Positions 19,027-28,437 of a DNA stretch of 64,000 nt are shown in pieces. Made by a program: the position numbers and the translations under genes. The notes below the pieces were generated by a model. That model was not told where the DNA came from, ran no database searches, and saw only the letters and a list, made by a program, of their open reading frames with translations. The stretch's first letter is position 1. Each line of letters begins with the position of its first letter. The stretch covers positions 21,441 through 85,440 of the forward strand of contig CAJUFQ010000010.1 in the NCBI GenBank assembly GCA_910585625.1, in the 5' to 3' direction. Source of the DNA: an uncultured Lachnospiraceae bacterium (GTDB lineage: Bacteria; Bacillota; Clostridia; Lachnospirales; Lachnospiraceae).

Positions 19027-20174
19027 ACTTCTTTTTCCTCCTTTGACTCTGTCTTCGCCATGCCAACCATGGACGGGATTGCAGCCACGCCGTTCAGGTT
19101 TGCGCGCTCATACGCTGCCAGCACACTGTTTACCCCTGCATACACGTTCTGTCCCAGATAAATGCCCTGCCGCAGGATAACCAGGTGCATATTGATATGC
19201 GCAGGCTTCATGTCTTCAATCATCTTCTTGAGCGCATGCTGTTCCCGCAGTGAAGGCACGGCCTGCTCCCTGACAAGCACGCTCACCTCATAGGGCCCGC
19301 ATGCATAAGACTGCCTGAGGCTCTTATACGCGGCCTCGTTCCCCTTATATTTCTCAATGTCGCCGTACTCCAGGAGGAAGGGCCTTTCCCCGGTAAAAGT
19401 GCCGACCATGTGTTCCATATACTCCCTGGTGCCGCGGATTAAGTTCTTTTTTACAATCCCTCCCAGTAAAAGCCTCAGTTTCTGTTCCTGCCACAGATGA
19501 GCGTCAGAAATGCCCACCCATTTTGCCAGCCAATGTAAGAATTCCGGTTCGGCAACGGCAGGATTGAGCTGCTTTGCAGAATCGGCAATTTTCTCATTTA
19601 AATTCTGGTAGACTGCCTCAAACAGGCCCAGGAACCTTCCCAGAAACTCCTCGCTGCCCCCGCCCTGGTAAATTGCCGGAAGGTACGACAGGAAGCTTGG
19701 ACTTGCCGCATAAATCTTCATCTGGCAGATTTCCGGGAGGAAGCCTGCCTGGCAGAAAAGCTGTATTTCCATCCACAGATACCTTCCCCTGGCATTGTAA
19801 AGCAGGATGTCCTGAGGATTTTGCACGGTATGCGCAAGATACGGCTCCATAGCCTTGCGTTTTCTCTCCAAGGGAATCTCCCCATCTTCCATCAATTCCT
19901 CCCAACGGTAAATCCTGCCGTCTATGGCTGTCTGCCCTTTATCGCTGCAGTAAAAACAGAACTTGACGGAATCATCCCCATAGGCCGTGCTTTGTATGAC
20001 CGCACGCTGCCACTGATTCCCGTCCTCACCGCTGTCTAAAAGACGTGAGATAAAAACACCGCTTTCCTGCCCTTCTTTCAAAGCCAGCCCACGTTCCGTT
20101 ATGCGGATTCCGTCCCGGTACCCGGACGCATAATCTTTCTTTTTATTGAACACGATATATCTTATCTGCTGCAC
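19023..20174 (-). CDS. Phage tail / baseplate wedge protein (P2 gpI-like)
   Basis: YLPAIY..FLGRFLGLFE, FLHWLAKWVG, RGT, KPAH motifs. Confidence 0.85.
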   Translation of the reverse strand: MQQIRYIVFNKKKDYASGYRDGIRITERGLALKEGQESGVFISRLLDSGEDGNQWQRAVIQSTAYGDDSVKFCFYCSDKGQTAIDGRIYRWEELMEDGEIPLERKRKAMEPYLAHTVQNPQDILLYNARGRYLWMEIQLFCQAGFLPEICQMKIYAASPSFLSYLPAIYQGGGSEEFLGRFLGLFEAVYQNLNEKIADSAKQLNPAVAEPEFLHWLAKWVGISDAHLWQEQKLRLLLGGIVKKNLIRGTREYMEHMVGTFTGERPFLLEYGDIEKYKGNEAAYKSLRQSYACGPYEVSVLVREQAVPSLREQHALKKMIEDMKPAHINMHLVILRQGIYLGQNVYAGVNSVLAAYERANLNGVAAIPSMVGMAKTESKEEKEV

Positions 20175-20233
20175 ATCATCGCCCCTTTACCTTTGGTGGT
20201 TCCTCAAACTGCCTGACTGCTGTCCCAAAGAGG

Positions 20234-22351
20234 TTATACATTTTCCGCTCCGCGTTCTGTAAAAATCCGCAGATCCAAATCTTTTAGATACGGCAGGCCG
20301 TTGTTCGGAAGCTGTACATCCCCGTTGACCATATGGCGGACCCCCCTGCCTGCCGCCTCCACGGTCAGCGACCTGGCCTGCCACACGCAGGGCAGGATAT
20401 CAATAATCCCATAAATGGCGCTGGCAGAAACCAATCTGCCGATTTCCCAGGATTTCTCATCCAGGTAAGCACGTACCGCCTTCTCAATCCGCTCTTCCGC
20501 ATCTGTGAAATGCGGCCGGATTACAATTTCTGCAAAGACAGAAATCCCGATATACTCCGGATTCAGAATTTTGACAGACGTGCCGATAATCTTTCTTTTT
20601 CGCAGCATCTGCTCTAAATTCTGCCTGTATTTATCGCTTAGATGCCCGTCCCTCTGCCGATAGCTCAACGGCTGCACCACTATCGAAATCTCATTTTCCG
20701 GCGGCTCCTGCCGCCCTGCCGTCTCTACCGGAGGAACTGCCTTACATCCTAAAACCAAAAGCCCCGGCGTCTGCTTCACCAACGCTTCATAGTCTTCATA
20801 GGTGACGCCCCTGTGGACTTTTTTCAGTTCCAGGCACAGCCGCTCGTAGCATTCCTCCAGTGACTCATCATCCTTCCCGCCATAGGCAATGCCATTCTGC
20901 TTTACAAGCAGGCCGGGAAATTCCTGGCTCCCCTGGATTTTGCCGGATTTGATGTTCCCGGATTTCCCGCTGCTGCTCCTTACGCGCAGCAGGCGGATTT
21001 CCCCATCTGGCGCCATCCCATTCTCGCAGTTGCCAAACAAAAGGCTGCCCTCGGAAAGCTCCAGCATATACACCGCATCCTCAGGCGTGCATTCGTCAAA
21101 ATCCTCCACGCGCCGGTAAGGGTAAAATCCTCCGTCCTGCCGGTCACGAACCATAATCTCAAATTCATCATAGACAATATCCGCCGTCTCCAGGCGGTAT
21201 TCCTGATTGGCAAATCCATTGCCTACGCCAAGCTTCCGCCTCTCCCAAAAATCCTTCTCATATGCGGCAAGCCTGCATGAAACGGCCATGCCTGCCGCCC
21301 ACCCGGGCCGGCTGAAAGAAAAGACCATGTCGCCGTCAGGCGCTTCCTCCCTGCCGCTCTCCGTAATCGTGAAAAAAGCCCCATCCTTCTCTATGTAAAG
21401 TTCTGCCTCTCCATATTTCGCAAGGTACATGCCGCTTTTTACCCGCAACATCTCTCCTGCGGCAGGAAGGCTGAAATCTTCAAAATCGCAGTAGGAATAC
21501 TGCTGCCTGACCTCAATCTCATTAAAATAGACGCTTTCAATCAGCGGAGCCACGTCATAATCATTTTCATCCAACGTCACGCGGATCTGGTAAGCCCCAT
21601 ACTCAGCATCCTCCACCATTTCTTTGGGCAGATGGAATCCAATCCTGCCGCTCTGCAGAAACGCATGGGTAGTATCAAAATCCACTGGCAGCTGCTCCCA
21701 CCCCTCTGCTGACTGGTATTCCCACGTAAGCCTTGCCAGAGGAATGAAATCCTCACTGATGGGATTACGCGTCACCTCATACTCTGTGCGGATGCCAAAA
21801 GACATGACCGTCTGCCCCTCAGGGGCAAATGCCCGATCCATCACAAAACAGCAGCGATTGCCGGCCTTGGGCTGTTCCCCGAACGGATAAAGATGCATAT
21901 GCTTTTCCAGATCGTTGCCGATATTGACATACCGCTCCAGTGAATTCCCGCACATGATATATGCGCCAATCAGCTTGATTGGATGTATCCGTTCTCTCCT
22001 TAAGGTCTCAAACGCCATGTCTCCGGCAAAGAACCGGCTCCCTTTCCTTAGGGGGAAACGCCCTGTGGACGCGCCTGCCGGCCACTCCACGCTCACAGTC
22101 CCCCGCGCAGGCGTCAAATGGCCCACGGAAACGCCCAGCAGCTTCAAAAATTTCTGCCGCTTCCATCCGCCAAGCCTGCTGATATGGTACTGCTGAATCT
22201 CCTTAAGCCAGGCGAGAAGACCAAGCAGCATAATACCCGGATCGGACTGGTTATAGTTTGTCCAGTCCGGGTATTTCCCTGCAATCTGAAATATTGCGTC
22301 CGCTTCAATTTCCTGATAAGATTTGTCATCCAGGTCTAACTCATAGAACAT
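20234..22351 (-). CDS. Baseplate J-like protein (Afp11/12 family)
   Basis: LDDKSY, WTNYNQSDPGI, FGN..NG..P, RGVTYEDYE; AAGGAG RBS. Confidence 0.9.
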   Translation of the reverse strand: MFYELDLDDKSYQEIEADAIFQIAGKYPDWTNYNQSDPGIMLLGLLAWLKEIQQYHISRLGGWKRQKFLKLLGVSVGHLTPARGTVSVEWPAGASTGRFPLRKGSRFFAGDMAFETLRRERIHPIKLIGAYIMCGNSLERYVNIGNDLEKHMHLYPFGEQPKAGNRCCFVMDRAFAPEGQTVMSFGIRTEYEVTRNPISEDFIPLARLTWEYQSAEGWEQLPVDFDTTHAFLQSGRIGFHLPKEMVEDAEYGAYQIRVTLDENDYDVAPLIESVYFNEIEVRQQYSYCDFEDFSLPAAGEMLRVKSGMYLAKYGEAELYIEKDGAFFTITESGREEAPDGDMVFSFSRPGWAAGMAVSCRLAAYEKDFWERRKLGVGNGFANQEYRLETADIVYDEFEIMVRDRQDGGFYPYRRVEDFDECTPEDAVYMLELSEGSLLFGNCENGMAPDGEIRLLRVRSSSGKSGNIKSGKIQGSQEFPGLLVKQNGIAYGGKDDESLEECYERLCLELKKVHRGVTYEDYEALVKQTPGLLVLGCKAVPPVETAGRQEPPENEISIVVQPLSYRQRDGHLSDKYRQNLEQMLRKRKIIGTSVKILNPEYIGISVFAEIVIRPHFTDAEERIEKAVRAYLDEKSWEIGRLVSASAIYGIIDILPCVWQARSLTVEAAGRGVRHMVNGDVQLPNNGLPYLKDLDLRIFTERGAENV

Positions 22352-22369
22352 GGCCAATGCTCCTTTTTA

Positions 22370-25306
22370 TCAAATGTTCGTAGGTTCTGCCACTACCTCG
22401 TGAAACCCGCTTTTCGGCAGCCGGTAAAATGGCAGAAAGCGTTCCTCATTAATTTCATATTCTTCAAACCGCCCGCTTTGGTATTTGCGCAAGGAAAGCT
22501 GGCTGATATACCTTATCCCTTCCACCTGTTTTAGGGCGTGGGCAATCTGGTTCTTATCCGGAAGCACGCCAATTTCCCAGCCGTCTCCGTAGAAATTGCC
22601 ATACAACGGGTTCAGGAACCGCTCCAGTTCTTCCCGCACCCGCCTGGTGGCGGCAAAGATTTCTTTTTCCTGCGCCAGCTCCAAGACCACTTTCACATCC
22701 AAACGGATCAAATCCGGCATCACGATATGAAAACGTCCAAGACGCACGATATTTTGATCCATATGCGCCGTCAGATAACTGTATAGCTTCTTCCTGGTAC
22801 GCTCAAAGCTATAAGAACTCTCCCCATAATCCTTGGGCAGCACCACCAGGGTTATGGCTCCCTGCTGACGCCTGCCATCCTTGTCATAGCCGGCGAAGCA
22901 CTTTACCTTGCAGATATCCCGCACCGCTTCGCGCGCCATGTCTTCATAGTCCTCTGCTGAAACGCAACGCCTGCCGTGGCGCAAAAGCCGCGCATGGCGT
23001 CCCACAGCTTCCATGACCGTCTCATCCGCCAGCCCGCACACGGTAGCCGTCGGATTGAACACGCTGTTAATAAAGCCAACCGTACGGTCCAGCCGGTTAA
23101 TTTCGCCAACCGGGACATTTGCCGCGTCTCCGCGGCAATGCGCATACTTCACATGGATTTCAATCTCGTCCTGCGCATTCTGCTTCGCCCTGTCCATATA
23201 TTTCGGAAACGTGAGCCTGCCCGTCCGCCTGTCGGCCATGAATTCCTTCCTGCTTCCGCTGTCCGCGCTTAGTTCCTCCGTTTCCGTCCACAGCGCCCAT
23301 TCCTCATCTACACTGTGCCTATAATCGGCCTTTTCCAGCACACGGACTTCCAGGCTGCAGACATCCGTATAAGAAAGCTGAATGTGCTTTTCCTCCGCCC
23401 GTGGCGCAATCCCAAAAGATTCCTCCACGGTCTCCACGCCTAAGATGCTTGTGGCATTGGGGTAGATTCCCTCAATCTTCGGGCAGTTGCCGCCGTCCGT
23501 GCCTGCCGCATGCCCATGTTCCCCGCTCAGGCGCAGCCAGTACAAGTCTTCTCCAAATAGCAGCCCGCGCGTGCTGTCGGCGCGCCCATACCAGGAAACC
23601 AGTCCTGTATGGGCAAACCCTTCCGTGCCGTCGGCAGGATGGATTTCTTTCCAGCCATCCTCCGTCAGATATTCCCATCTGAGGCCGGCCAGACTGTTTT
23701 GCACGCTGTCATGCATGACGAACAGCATTTTTAAGGGGCCGCCTACCGGGGGCTGCCCAAACCCAAAGTAACAGGTCTTGCGCTCTTCCGTCCTGGCCTT
23801 GCAGGCCGCGAAGGCAAAGCCTCTTTGGCGCATCTCCTCCAAATGGTAGCTTTCCCGCTCCATATTATCCTGCCGGAAGACTGCCTCAGGGCGCAGGGGA
23901 TTGTCCATATAGCTGTAACCCAGGGAGAAATTGCCTGCCACCGGGGCGATATAGGCCCCCTTCGTCTTATACGCATTATTCATGCGGATAATCCGCGCCC
24001 GGATACAGTAATCTTCCGCGGAATTGACCAACACCCGCCCGATATCCGCCGGACAGGTAAACTCCATGCGCCTGCGCACGCTGCTTGTCCCATCCGCCAC
24101 CGAAAAAATATCTCCATAGCGGGCTGACACCGAAAGGCGTTTCCAGCCATAGCCATTGTAATACTCCCAAATGACTTCCCGGATTGTGATGTCATACTCC
24201 TCCTCTGGCACAAACTCCTGCTTGCGCATAATCCTCTTCCAGGAAATTTTCACCCCAGATGCGATTTCCTCCAGAGGGATTCGCACGAAATCAAGGTCGA
24301 ACTCCACGTTCAGACGCGCCCCCGCTTTGCCGAACACCTCGCCGCAGCCAATATAGAGTTCATCATAGAGGGATGGGTTTTCCCCGAACGCCAGGAATTC
24401 TTCCACTTCCTGATCCGTCCCCTTTACATTCACAAAGTCCGGCTTTTTCCCGAAACATTCCGTCCGCAGGGACACTCCCTTAAAATAAATCCCGGAAAAA
24501 GAAGACGCGTCCAAAATTTCCATGAAAATCACGTGCCTGGAACCAAATTCTTCCATAGGCGCGATTCCCTGCTCCCCGCCTGGAAGGCGGAAGCAAAGCT
24601 CTCCTTGCTCATATGTATAATCCGTAATATCCATATATTCCTGTCCGCTTCCATAGCAGAAACGGACGCGCGCCGGGTCGCAGAATGCCTCCTTAAGCCT
24701 CTTGTCGTCTGCACTCCCGCCTGCAGACGCAAAGGACAGCCGCGCATTGGCATAGCTGGTCACGGAAAGCTCCTGCCCGAAACAGAGAAACAGCAGATGA
24801 CGCTGCAAGTTCCCCTCCCCATTCCCGAACAGGAAAAAGGAGGGCGTAAGCTCCCTGCGCCTGTCAAACAGCTCGTAGATGGCGTCCTTTGCCGGGTCGG
24901 CAAGAAACATCCGCCGAATTTCCATAGGGCGCACCAGCACTTCTTCCTGCGTCTCGAACACAAGCTGCTCCTCCTGCGTCTGGGCAAGCAGCTGCGTCCC
25001 TCTTGGAACCTCTGCCTCGCTGAGAAGCCCTTCCGGCAGCCCAAATACCACAAACCCTTCCGACGGGCTCGCCGGGCAGAGCTTCGCATGCACGCCGTCA
25101 AAAAAGGAAAACAAATCTCCGGCCACAGACATATTGAATTTTTTGATATTGTCATACATCATATCTGCAAAAATGGAAGCCAGCGCAGTCCCGGCATCCG
25201 GCTGCCGCTCATCGTATCTCCACTCCGGGACATACTGCCTCGCACATTTTTTCATATACGCTATGATGTCCTCTTCTGACATTTTCTCCATCTGCGGAAT
25301 ATCCAT
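22370..25306 (-). CDS. Baseplate J-like protein (Afp11/12 family)
   Basis: YVPEW..DAGTAL, VFET, DGTEGF..TG, RCVSAEDYE, FLNPLYG..G.GWEIG. Confidence 0.9.
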   Translation of the reverse strand: MDIPQMEKMSEEDIIAYMKKCARQYVPEWRYDERQPDAGTALASIFADMMYDNIKKFNMSVAGDLFSFFDGVHAKLCPASPSEGFVVFGLPEGLLSEAEVPRGTQLLAQTQEEQLVFETQEEVLVRPMEIRRMFLADPAKDAIYELFDRRRELTPSFFLFGNGEGNLQRHLLFLCFGQELSVTSYANARLSFASAGGSADDKRLKEAFCDPARVRFCYGSGQEYMDITDYTYEQGELCFRLPGGEQGIAPMEEFGSRHVIFMEILDASSFSGIYFKGVSLRTECFGKKPDFVNVKGTDQEVEEFLAFGENPSLYDELYIGCGEVFGKAGARLNVEFDLDFVRIPLEEIASGVKISWKRIMRKQEFVPEEEYDITIREVIWEYYNGYGWKRLSVSARYGDIFSVADGTSSVRRRMEFTCPADIGRVLVNSAEDYCIRARIIRMNNAYKTKGAYIAPVAGNFSLGYSYMDNPLRPEAVFRQDNMERESYHLEEMRQRGFAFAACKARTEERKTCYFGFGQPPVGGPLKMLFVMHDSVQNSLAGLRWEYLTEDGWKEIHPADGTEGFAHTGLVSWYGRADSTRGLLFGEDLYWLRLSGEHGHAAGTDGGNCPKIEGIYPNATSILGVETVEESFGIAPRAEEKHIQLSYTDVCSLEVRVLEKADYRHSVDEEWALWTETEELSADSGSRKEFMADRRTGRLTFPKYMDRAKQNAQDEIEIHVKYAHCRGDAANVPVGEINRLDRTVGFINSVFNPTATVCGLADETVMEAVGRHARLLRHGRRCVSAEDYEDMAREAVRDICKVKCFAGYDKDGRRQQGAITLVVLPKDYGESSYSFERTRKKLYSYLTAHMDQNIVRLGRFHIVMPDLIRLDVKVVLELAQEKEIFAATRRVREELERFLNPLYGNFYGDGWEIGVLPDKNQIAHALKQVEGIRYISQLSLRKYQSGRFEEYEINEERFLPFYRLPKSGFHEVVAEPTNI

Positions 25307-25337
25307 AACTTTCCTTCCTCACTTCACTTCTTATGAA

Positions 25338-25748
25338 TCATTCTCCTTCGCTGATATAGAAGGGATATACCAGGTTATACTGATTGTTGGTAGCACGTAC
25401 TACATAACTGACTTGAATCAGCAGCACCCCCTCGTCTATCCGCTCATCGCTGACCTCGGCATGTATCTCTGTAATCCGCGGCTCCCAGCGGATGAGTGCA
25501 TGTTCCACCTCCGTTTTCATGGAATACAGCGTGGTATAATCGGCCGTCTCAAAAGCATATGCCTGAATCCCGCACCCAAAATCAGGGTGCATGGGCAGTT
25601 CTCCATGCCTCGTGCCAATGATGATGCGGATGCTTTCACGGATGCTGTCCTCATTCGAAGACATCTTTATGCGCCCGGTAGCTTTGTCAATCCCGATGGG
25701 GAACTTCCAACCCGTTCCCAGAAATGCTTTCACGCTGTGTTGATCCAT
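25338..25748 (-). CDS. GPW/gp25 family baseplate protein (Afp9-like)
   Basis: FLGTGWKFP, IRESIRIIIGT..GE..M.PDFGC, WEPRI, NLVYPFY. Confidence 0.95.
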   Translation of the reverse strand: MDQHSVKAFLGTGWKFPIGIDKATGRIKMSSNEDSIRESIRIIIGTRHGELPMHPDFGCGIQAYAFETADYTTLYSMKTEVEHALIRWEPRITEIHAEVSDERIDEGVLLIQVSYVVRATNNQYNLVYPFYISEGE

Positions 25749-25802
25749 GCATTTGTCCTCCTAAGGTGCTGCTTGGGCTATCTCTAAACCAATTGCCCCA
25801 AA

Positions 25803-26591
25803 TCAATTTATTTTAACCGTGCTTCCTTTTAGCTGCGCAATCCCGGAAGCTTGCAAACCCATTTCCCCATCTGCCTTGACCTTTACGCTGGTTCCCTGGA
25901 TGGAAGTTGTCTGCCCGCCAAGCTTTAATGTCTGCTGCGCATCCAGCTGGATGGTTCCGCTAGTGACTTTGACCGTGTCCGCATCGGCTTTTACCACTTC
26001 TTTCGTCCCAATGGAGAGGGTGAAATCTTTCTTTGCTTTCAATGCCATGCTGCCATTTTTGCAATCCAGCGTCAGGCTGTTCTCTTTCTCCTTGTCTTGC
26101 ACCTGGATAGATTCCTTCTCGTCATCCAGAAGGATTTCCAAGCCTTTAGGCGTGTTGACGGTTATCTTTTCCTTGCCTTCGGTTTCCGTAAACGTGATTT
26201 TATGTCCGCCTTTGGTCACGACCGCTTTCGTCTCATTTTTCTCGCTTGCCACGCCTTCCGGCAGCTTGTCCTTGCCATTCCACAGACATCCCAGCACCAC
26301 CGGCATATTCATGTTGCCGTGAATGAAGCCAACCAACACCTCTGAGCCGATTTCCGGCAGCCAATAGCTGCCAAAGCCGTCCCCGCCATACCCCGCCATG
26401 ACCCGCACCCAGTCCGAAGTTTTCTTATTCTTCTCGCCCATCAGGTACTCGACTTTCACCATGCCCTTGTGCTGCTCATCCCAGATATCTTTCACGATTG
26501 CGTTCAAAAGCCCGGGAGCCGTTATCTCAGGGTATGTCTTATCCTCTGCATTATCTGCTAACAACTCGTCATAAAAATTCAACGCTTCCAT
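25803..26591 (-). CDS. Spike protein, gp5/GpV-like (C-terminal half of a VgrG-like spike)
   Basis: G.VKV, SDWVRV, LPEIGSEVLVGF..G...PVVLGCLWN, beta-helix tail. Confidence 0.9.
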   Translation of the reverse strand: MEALNFYDELLADNAEDKTYPEITAPGLLNAIVKDIWDEQHKGMVKVEYLMGEKNKKTSDWVRVMAGYGGDGFGSYWLPEIGSEVLVGFIHGNMNMPVVLGCLWNGKDKLPEGVASEKNETKAVVTKGGHKITFTETEGKEKITVNTPKGLEILLDDEKESIQVQDKEKENSLTLDCKNGSMALKAKKDFTLSIGTKEVVKADADTVKVTSGTIQLDAQQTLKLGGQTTSIQGTSVKVKADGEMGLQASGIAQLKGSTVKIN

Positions 26592-27649
26592 CCTCCTACT
26601 TCAAAAGACGTCCGGTATCCTTCGCCGCTGAAAGAATGCTTCACTTCTATGATGTCATAAGTGCCGTTAATCAGCTTGCGGTCCCCTTTCTTAATTTTCA
26701 CCCTGCCCCCCGGCAGAATCTCCGGGACGCCAATACACACCCCGCTGGCCTGCCTGGCCTGTTTCTTCATCTCATCCGCCTTATGCTCCGCAATCTTTTT
26801 TGCGTCGCTGTTATCTTCCACCGCGGCGTCCATCTGCGTCGTCTCGCTTTTTACCAGCGATTTCTGCTTGTCGTCAGATTTGACCTTTACCTCCGCCGTC
26901 ACTTCCTCTTTCTTTTCCGTATCTTGCCCCATGATTGTTATGACTACGTCCTGGAAAGACGCCCTTCTCTGGAAAGAAATAAAATCTTTCGACCACTCCA
27001 TCTCCACCGTGTAAAATAACTCTGCCGATATATTTTTGAAATAGAGCTTCCCGGCATGGACGAAAAAGTCGCGGTTAGCTTTCCTGCACAGCTCTTCCGT
27101 GATGAATTCATAATCGCTGCCGTTCTGGATGATGCATTCCCCCTCCAGCTTATCCGTCGCATCCACATCCATCTTTTTATAAACCGGCTTATATTTCTTT
27201 ACCACCTCACGGAAAGCATCCGAGTAGCTCTTCACCTGGTGTGAAATATTGCTCTTCTTGCTGCCCATCATCATCCGGCGGACGTCCACCGCCGTCACGC
27301 GAACAGAGGGGTTTTCAGAAAGTTCATAAGTAATTTCATCTACATACCCATAAAACAGGGACGTCAGGGACGAGCCATACCCCATCTCGATGTCTATCAG
27401 ATTCCCCAACACAAAATCAGAGCTGACGTCGTCGACAAAGCTGCGGCTTTCCAGGTCATAGACATTGGTAAGCTTGATGACAGCCGCGCTCGCCGCCGAC
27501 TGTGAAAGCGTCACCTCCACAGATTCCACTGCGTACTCGCTTTCGCCTATCAGGTCAAACCCTCCGCTTTTGACTTTCAGCGCAGGCACCATGAAATCCT
27601 TATATTTTACTGCCAGGCTGGCCATTGATATTATAGCCACCGAAACCAC
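26579..27649 (-). CDS. Phage late control D / gp27-like hub (N-terminal half of a VgrG-like spike)
   Basis: IEMGY...LF.G.V, QNGSDYEFI, G.PEILPG, VKHSFSGEGYRTSFE. Confidence 0.85.
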   Translation of the reverse strand: MVSVAIISMASLAVKYKDFMVPALKVKSGGFDLIGESEYAVESVEVTLSQSAASAAVIKLTNVYDLESRSFVDDVSSDFVLGNLIDIEMGYGSSLTSLFYGYVDEITYELSENPSVRVTAVDVRRMMMGSKKSNISHQVKSYSDAFREVVKKYKPVYKKMDVDATDKLEGECIIQNGSDYEFITEELCRKANRDFFVHAGKLYFKNISAELFYTVEMEWSKDFISFQRRASFQDVVITIMGQDTEKKEEVTAEVKVKSDDKQKSLVKSETTQMDAAVEDNSDAKKIAEHKADEMKKQARQASGVCIGVPEILPGGRVKIKKGDRKLINGTYDIIEVKHSFSGEGYRTSFEVGGWKR

Positions 27650-27733
27650 TCCTTACCTAATCTGCTTTCATATACATAGGCTTTCCTGTCTTTTCCATCC
27701 GCCCCCAAATATAAACTCCCTGCATAGCTTTTC

Positions 27734-28402
27734 TCAGAGCGCAGGAAGCCGCACAACCTGCCCTGGTCTGACGTTCAGAGGATTTAAGATACCATTTTCC
27801 CGCGCAATCACCTTCCACATATCCGGATCCCCATATTCCATATTGGCAATATCCCACAGGCCCACGCCCTGGCGGATGGTACGGTACTTTGTGCGGTCAG
27901 GCGATTCAAAGGGAGACGCCCTCCTCTTGTCTTTCGGCGACATCAGGGATTTAAATGTCAGGCCGGCCTTGGCGCGGACAGGCATCCCGCTTTCCGTAAA
28001 CATCGTATAGGTATGGTTGAATTTTGTCACGACCCCCTGGAAATGCAGGGAACCCCAACGGAATGTGACTTTGGGCGGACGGTGCAGGCTTCCGTCGATG
28101 GAAGTGGCGTCCGCAATCTGCCTTGTGATATCCGAAACATCTGTAGAGCTGTCGGCGGAATGCCCGAAAGAAATCAATGATTTGGGTTTCGGCGGGACAT
28201 AAGTATCCAAAAAAAGATTCAGCGAAAGCTCCGTGGCGTCGCCGGAAATATACTGGATGACCGGGCCGTCCAAACCCGGCACTTTTTTCTCCGCGTAATT
28301 CGCGCCATCCGTAAGCTGGTATTCCGATGGGTTGAACAGTACGGTTATGACGCTCTTGCCCACTTCTTTTTCAATTTCCAGTTTTGCCTTTGTCAGTCCC
28401 AA
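27734..28402 (-). CDS. CIS tube initiator with LysM domain (Afp7-like)
   Basis: FNPSEY, PP...F.WG, G.PVRA, C-terminal LWDIA..YGDP..WK.IA..N. Confidence 0.9.
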   Translation of the reverse strand: MGLTKAKLEIEKEVGKSVITVLFNPSEYQLTDGANYAEKKVPGLDGPVIQYISGDATELSLNLFLDTYVPPKPKSLISFGHSADSSTDVSDITRQIADATSIDGSLHRPPKVTFRWGSLHFQGVVTKFNHTYTMFTESGMPVRAKAGLTFKSLMSPKDKRRASPFESPDRTKYRTIRQGVGLWDIANMEYGDPDMWKVIARENGILNPLNVRPGQVVRLPAL

Positions 28403-28437
28403 ACTAATCCCTCGCTTTCCTTTGCCCTGTCATTTGT

